Shown here: in pieces, positions 59,713 to 64,000 of the stretch | Position numbering within the stretch: position 1 is the first letter of the stretch | How the letters are laid out: the number at the start of each line of letters is the position of its first letter | DNA from: a virus | Direction: 5' to 3' (one strand) | Length of the DNA stretch: 64,000 bases | IMG/VR virus record: IMGVR_UViG_3300005439_000019 | Location: 9,805 to 73,804 of that record | The notes under the pieces: model-generated | What the model was told of the DNA's origin: nothing | Database searches by the model: none | Seen by the model: the letters and a program-made list of their open reading frames with translations, nothing else | Made by a program: the position numbers and the translations under genes

Positions 59713-60504
59713 GTGCCAGCCGCGATGGCAGCGCTGACCAGTGACGAGGTGGTCAGCGCCATCGAGCGGGCCAGGACGCTGGCGCATGCACGGGAGCTGG
59801 CCCTAGCCGAGTCGCCCACGGCCGAGGAGATGGCGGCGCACCTCAGCATCCTGCCGTTCAAGGAGCAGGCGTTCCAAGCTTGGTCACCGGGCCAGACCTG
59901 GTTCGCCTGGTGCTCGACGACGAGCACCACCGTGACGATGAGCGACAGCACGTGGACGGCGTGGAACAACGGCGTTACCACCACCAGCGGCTCGCTGGCG
60001 CTCAACTACACCAGCGGCACCGCCTACGTCAGCACCGGCACGCAGTGGGTCTCGTGGAACACCAGCTACGCGGAGATGACCGAGGAGCAGCAGGCGGCCG
60101 TCGCCGAGGCGCACCGGGCCGCTGAGGAGCGCAGGGCCGCCCAGGAGGCCGAGTGGGCGGTCGAGCGGGCCGAGCGCGAGAAGGCGTCCGAGCGGGCCGC
60201 AGGGCTGCTCCTGAGCCTGCTGAGCCCCGGGCAGGCCGCGACGTACCGCGAGCACGGCTGGTTCGAGGTACGGGGCTCCTCGGGCCGCAGGTGGCGCATC
60301 AGGAACCGTGGCCAGTCCGGCAACGTCGACCTGATGCCGGAGATCGGCGAGGAGCGCGACGCCAGCTTCTGCGCGCACCCGCCGGGCCACCTGCCGGACG
60401 CCGACGCGCACGTGGCGCAGATGCTCGCCCTGGTCACCGACGACGAGGCGTTCGAGCGGACGGCGAACGTGCACTACCGCAGGCCCGCCTTGCGGGCGGC
60501 TTAG
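59713..60504 (+). CDS. hypothetical protein
   Basis: ORF track. Confidence 0.4.
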   Translation: MPAAMAALTSDEVVSAIERARTLAHARELALAESPTAEEMAAHLSILPFKEQAFQAWSPGQTWFAWCSTTSTTVTMSDSTWTAWNNGVTTTSGSLALNYTSGTAYVSTGTQWVSWNTSYAEMTEEQQAAVAEAHRAAEERRAAQEAEWAVERAEREKASERAAGLLLSLLSPGQAATYREHGWFEVRGSSGRRWRIRNRGQSGNVDLMPEIGEERDASFCAHPPGHLPDADAHVAQMLALVTDDEAFERTANVHYRRPALRAA

Positions 60505-60555
60505 CAAGAAAAGCTGTAAGGATCTTCCACCGATACAGCCTTTATTGATAAGCTC
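60501..60555 (+). promoter_or_regulatory. composite motif (copy 10: half-site plus full degenerate copy)
   Basis: AGCAAGAAAAGCTGTAA ... GATACAGCCTTTATTGATAAGCTC, then a GGAAGGGAGG SD and the ATG at 60587. Confidence 0.4.
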
Positions 60556-60586
60556 CGAGGAGCAGTAACTCGGAAGGGAGGCCGGG

Positions 60587-60814
60587 ATGGCATCGGACAT
60601 ACCGCTGCTGTTCGTCGCAGCTTTCATCGCCGCCGCCGGGATAGGAGCGCTGATCCTGATGGTCCCGGCCGCCCGCCGGAGGCAGGCCCTCCGCTCCGAG
60701 GCCAGGGACCGGCGGCTCATGAAGAGCCCCGCTGACCTGGAGGACTACCTCGCGCGGCTCGACCAGGCTGAGACCGACGCGGACATCGACAGCCTGGGAG
60801 GGGAAGGAAAGTAG
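60587..60814 (+). CDS. small membrane protein
   Basis: ORF track. Confidence 0.35.
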   Translation: MASDIPLLFVAAFIAAAGIGALILMVPAARRRQALRSEARDRRLMKSPADLEDYLARLDQAETDADIDSLGGEGK

Positions 60815-60820
60815 ACCTCA

Positions 60821-61750
60821 GTGACTCAGTTCATCTTCGCGGTCATCTTCTGGGTGATCATGATCATCTGCGGCTTCGTCGGCGTGTTCCTCGCGCAGAA
60901 CCGCAAGGACCGGGCGGGGGCCATCACGGCAGCCGTGCTCCTCGGGGCCATCGGCTTCGGGCTGTTCGCATGGGGCGGGGTCAAGAACATCCCGCTCAAG
61001 AACATCGGCGTCCCCACGGCCCTCGGCAACGTGAACGGCACCGTCTACCAGAGCGGCACCTACGAGACGTGGACGCCGTGGCAGAGCTTCACCAACATCG
61101 ACGAGACCGTCCAGTCCGTCACCTGGGAGGCCGGGCCGAAGAACAACGGCATCAACTGCGACGGCGGCCTCGCGATCCGCATCGGCGGCCAGCAGAGTGC
61201 CTGCGCGAACGTCACCATCCAGTTCCAGGTCCGGCCGTCGGCCGCGATCAGCCTCCTGGAGGACTACGCCAACCACGGGCCGCTGATCCCCGAGATCAAG
61301 CAGGCCGTGGTCATCCGCGAGTTCGAGACCGTCGTCAACCAGGTGCTGGGCGACTACGACCCGATCACCGACCAGCAGAACGTCAGCGACGCCAAGGTCA
61401 CCACCAGCCAGTTCACGAAGTTCGCGCCGACCATCCTGGCCGACATGCGCAGCGACATCGGCGACAAGATCATCGTCCAGGCGGTCTACCTGCCGAAGGT
61501 GATCTTCGACCCGACCATCGAGGGCGCGCTCAACGCGATCCAGAAGGCGCACGCCGACTTCGCGGTCCAGACCGAGAACGAGCTGGTCAACTCCGCCCAC
61601 AAGCAGGCGCTGACCAACCTCGGCAACCCGACCCTCAACCAGCTAATCGCCCAGTGCCTCGCCAACGCGGGCACCAGCAACCCGGGGTCCTGCATCCCGG
61701 GTGCCAGCACCAAGCTCCAGCTCAGCGGAAGTGCGAACGCTGCGGGCTAG
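60821..61750 (+). CDS. SPFH/band-7 (stomatin/prohibitin-like) domain membrane protein
   Basis: ORF track; N-terminal TM helices then SPFH-like domain. Family call from composition and architecture only. Confidence 0.45.
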   Translation: MTQFIFAVIFWVIMIICGFVGVFLAQNRKDRAGAITAAVLLGAIGFGLFAWGGVKNIPLKNIGVPTALGNVNGTVYQSGTYETWTPWQSFTNIDETVQSVTWEAGPKNNGINCDGGLAIRIGGQQSACANVTIQFQVRPSAAISLLEDYANHGPLIPEIKQAVVIREFETVVNQVLGDYDPITDQQNVSDAKVTTSQFTKFAPTILADMRSDIGDKIIVQAVYLPKVIFDPTIEGALNAIQKAHADFAVQTENELVNSAHKQALTNLGNPTLNQLIAQCLANAGTSNPGSCIPGASTKLQLSGSANAAG

Positions 61751-61823
61751 CCCAAGCCAGTCCCGGCCGGGTCGACTCCACATCCCCGGCCGGGGCTGCA
61801 CCGCAAGGAAAGGTACCCGGCAG

Positions 61824-62018
61824 ATGGCCCCCGTAGTCGCAGTCCACAGGTCAGCCTCGGCGATGGCCGTGGTGATGATCGCCCTGTGGACGCTCAGGGA
61901 GGACCCGGAGATGCTGGCCGTGCTCATGATGGTCTGCCAGGCCCCGGAGCTGATCGCCATGGCGCTGCTGATGATCGCGCTGGCCATGCCTGACCACACC
62001 GAGAGGACGACGACATGA
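61824..62018 (+). CDS. small membrane protein
   Basis: Frame of track ORF 61701..62018 from MAPVVAV. Confidence 0.3.
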   Translation: MAPVVAVHRSASAMAVVMIALWTLREDPEMLAVLMMVCQAPELIAMALLMIALAMPDHTERTTT

Positions 62019-62187
62019 GCTGCCTGAACTGCGGCACCCATACCCCCGGCACGTACTGCCCCAACTGCACCGCCTACGCGCGGCAGGAGGGCGTGCTGCC
62101 GGTGGTGGACGACCCGGAGAGCCCCGACGCCAGGGAGCCCGGCACCGGGCTGTGGATCTTCAACTGGCGGAGCCGGGCGCGTTAGAC
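62017..62187 (+). CDS. zinc-ribbon peptide (56 aa)
   Basis: Own translation MSCLNCGTHTPGTYCPNC; ATGA overlap. Confidence 0.3.
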
Positions 62188-62316
62188 GTCCCGCGTGACC
62201 TGGTTTCCCAGGGACAAACCGCGCTTCATGGGACGAACCTCAGGAAAGCACCACTCAAGGACATAAGAAGGCATAAGGGCGTTGCGCACGCGCAACGGGA
62301 GCGAGCGGGAGACAGG

Positions 62317-62748
62317 ATGGCTGACTACGTGGGGTTCATACCGGCCGTAGGCTGGCGGGCTGCGGTGACCATGAAGGACGGCAGGTACCAGGACACCCCC
62401 CTGGTCGCCTGGGCGTTCGGGCAGCACGACCTGGGGGTCGCGTTCATCCCCGACCCGGACGGCGGCGGCACCGCCGTGGAACTCTGCAAGGCGACCGCCC
62501 CCGGCCTCGGCATCGAGGAGTTCCGGGTGTACCACCCCGGCGCGAGGAAGACCAGGACCCGCAGGGAGCCGGCACCGGACGCCCCCGTCGTGCACCTGAT
62601 GCTGACCGACCCGGACGACCTGCCGTACAGCGACATCTTCACCGCCTGCTGCGGGATCAACTGGAGGTCGGTCTCCGGGGTCATCGCCAGGGACCGGACC
62701 CTGGCCACCTGCCCGGGACGGCCGAAGGGCACCGGGGACGCCCCGTGA
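62317..62748 (+). CDS. hypothetical protein
   Basis: Frame of track ORF 62152..62748; ATG after GGGAGACAGG. Confidence 0.4.
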   Translation: MADYVGFIPAVGWRAAVTMKDGRYQDTPLVAWAFGQHDLGVAFIPDPDGGGTAVELCKATAPGLGIEEFRVYHPGARKTRTRREPAPDAPVVHLMLTDPDDLPYSDIFTACCGINWRSVSGVIARDRTLATCPGRPKGTGDAP

Positions 62749-62972
62749 TCGCCATGAAGCCTCCCCGGGCAGGCAGGAAGATCCTCCTCGCCTGGGCAGC
62801 GGCGATCACCGCCTACGCCGGGCTCTGGGCCTACCACGCCGCCGCCTACGGGCTCTGGTACAGCGGCCCGGTGTCCCCCTGGCTCCGCATCGGGCTGTCA
62901 GCGAGCCTCGCGGCGGCCCTGGCGCTCACCGTCCCCTACTGGCTGCGCGCCAGGAAGAAGGCCAGGAGGTGA
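62745..62972 (+). CDS. small membrane protein
   Basis: ORF track. Confidence 0.35.
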   Translation: MIAMKPPRAGRKILLAWAAAITAYAGLWAYHAAAYGLWYSGPVSPWLRIGLSASLAAALALTVPYWLRARKKARR

Positions 62973-63190
62973 CCCTGTGGCCGTTCGACCCGCCGACCGA
63001 GCCCATCCGGGTACCGACGCTCCCCCTGGAGCCCGTCACCCGGGGCAGCGAGCCGCCGCACTGCCCCAGGTGCGGCCTGGCGACGGAGTTCCTGTCGGCC
63101 GGCCACTACCAGAACGGGTGCCTGCGCACCATGCAGGAGTCCGAGTACCACTTCTGCTGCCCTGGCCGGTGCGAGCTGGCCGCAGCGTGA
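62969..63190 (+). CDS. zinc-finger protein
   Basis: ORF track; CPRCG...CCPGRC. Confidence 0.35.
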   Translation: MTLWPFDPPTEPIRVPTLPLEPVTRGSEPPHCPRCGLATEFLSAGHYQNGCLRTMQESEYHFCCPGRCELAAA

Positions 63191-63193
63191 GAC

Positions 63194-63227
63194 AGGCGGG
63201 TGCCTGCCGAAAGGCACCCGCCCGGGA
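63194..63227 (+). terminator. GC-rich hairpin, candidate intrinsic terminator
   Basis: CGGGTGCC-tgccgaaag-GGCACCCG; 8-bp perfect stem immediately after the stop at 63190; no U-tract. Confidence 0.35.
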
Positions 63228-63257
63228 ATCCCAACCAACCAGAAGGAGGCGAGCGCG

Positions 63258-64000
63258 ATGCGCAGCCAGTGGGAAATTATCACAGTAGAGCAGGCGATGA
63301 CGGTCCTTGAGACCGCCGACTGCGGCCGGAACCTGACCAAGGTCAGGGTGGAGAGGTACAAGCGCGACATGCTCGCGGGGTGCTGGTTCGAGATCCCCCA
63401 GGGCCTCGTGTACGACACCCGCGACGTCCTGCGCGACGGGCAGCACCGCCTCGCCGCGATGATCGCCGCAGCCCAGGAGATGGAAGAGGCCGGGAAGATC
63501 GCCGACGCCTTCGAGTTCTCCATGCGGATGTGGGTCACCAGGGACTGGGAGGGCAGCCCCGAGGCGTTCCGGGTGATGGACACCGGGGACAGCCGCAGCT
63601 ACATCGACCTGCTGGTCATGGGCGGGTACGTCAACGCCGACCAGCTCCGCGCGGTGCTGCGGCGCATCGCCTCCTGGGAGGCGGGCAAGTCCTACACCCA
63701 CAAGATGTCCCCCACCCACACCGAGCTGGACAAGATCCTCACCGCCCACCCCGAGGCGGTGGAGGCGGCCCGGTTCGGCAAGGCGTGGCGCGCCCCCGTG
63801 GTGCCCAAGAGCATCGCCGGCTTCTGCTGGTGGCTGTTCTCCTCGATCGACGCCGACGCCGCCCAGTTCTTCATGGACGGGCTCCGCACCGACATGGGCT
63901 TCGAGAGCAGCCCGGAGAGCCCGCACCCCATCCACGTGCTGCGCGAGCGGCTGATCCGCGACCAGAAGGTCAACCAGGGGCGCGGCAGCTTCACCCGGCC
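63258..64000 (+). CDS. ParB-like nuclease / DGQHR-domain protein (partial at window end)
   Basis: ATG after GAAGGAGG SD; VLRDGQHRLAAM motif; continues beyond the window. Confidence 0.45.
   Translation, partial: MRSQWEIITVEQAMTVLETADCGRNLTKVRVERYKRDMLAGCWFEIPQGLVYDTRDVLRDGQHRLAAMIAAAQEMEEAGKIADAFEFSMRMWVTRDWEGSPEAFRVMDTGDSRSYIDLLVMGGYVNADQLRAVLRRIASWEAGKSYTHKMSPTHTELDKILTAHPEAVEAARFGKAWRAPVVPKSIAGFCWWLFSSIDADAAQFFMDGLRTDMGFESSPESPHPIHVLRERLIRDQKVNQGRGSFTR

Noticed and set aside
18002-60540. ORFs whose C-termini read ...LSRKAVL/F, ...YQEKLY, ...ENIKKSCIEQ
   Set aside because: These endings are the conserved promoter motif translated in-frame (it lacks stop codons in some frames), not conserved protein termini.
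1-64000. CRISPR arrays, rRNA genes, integrase, terminase large subunit, endolysin
   Set aside because: I searched by eye for direct-repeat/spacer periodicity, rRNA-like conserved blocks, R..HxxR..Y integrase, Walker-A terminase and lysozyme or amidase motifs, and saw none. The 51-bp repeats at 35250-37100 are in-frame coding repeats, not CRISPR.

Overview
This window looks like part of a large, high-GC (~70%) actinobacteriophage genome or prophage, probably with a Streptomyces-like host. Almost every gene is a hypothetical small gene joined to its neighbour by an ATGA/GTGA start-stop overlap; antisense frames are stop-poor, so the ORF track is full of R/P/G-rich artefacts. All coordinates are hand-derived and may be off by 1-2 nt. 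Layout: (1) 1-4200: a dense tRNA array on the + strand. I can fold about 22 into cloverleafs; it includes AT-ending-codon readers (Ile-TAT, Lys-TTT, Arg-TCT/CCT, Glu-TTC), an initiator-like tRNA-Met, and an atypical 97-nt tRNA-like element. A LAGLIDADG homing endonuclease gene sits between two tRNA-Ser genes. (2) 4250-13160 (+): a tail-like module, including a 767-aa FN3-domain protein and a 700-aa 'SGSGT'-repeat fibre-like protein. (3) 13135-13900: a junction holding a DUF397-like gene and a tRNA-like element interrupted by a ~95-nt insert. (4) 14700-20400 (-): small genes including a vWA-domain protein, a wHTH regulator, an HNH endonuclease and several Cys-rich peptides. (5) 20746-27707 (-): a head module with a major capsid protein, three small structural genes and a 1394-aa prohead-protease/scaffold-like fusion. 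(6) 27835-34952: small genes on both strands, plus a 1245-aa extremely acidic SWIM zinc-finger protein (-). (7) 34949-45112 (-): a 1190-aa fibre-like protein carrying a ~1.85-kb array of 51-bp tandem repeats, then a portal-like 758-aa protein. Upstream of the portal, where a large terminase would normally sit, are four tandem His-rich paralogues and a zinc-ribbon protein. (8) 45170-63190 (+): more than 55 small, translationally coupled early-type genes, including an orphan C5 DNA methyltransferase, MazG-like, HAD-like, wHTH and SPFH/band-7 proteins, ending in a ParB/DGQHR-domain gene. A ~24-bp AT-rich near-palindromic motif (ATACAGCTTTyCTTGATAAGCTGTAT) recurs 10 times in intergenic regions. 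It looks like a phage-specific promoter/operator with an extended -10 element TGATAAGCT, several copies placed for leaderless starts. I found no terminase large subunit, integrase, endolysin, rRNA or CRISPR array.
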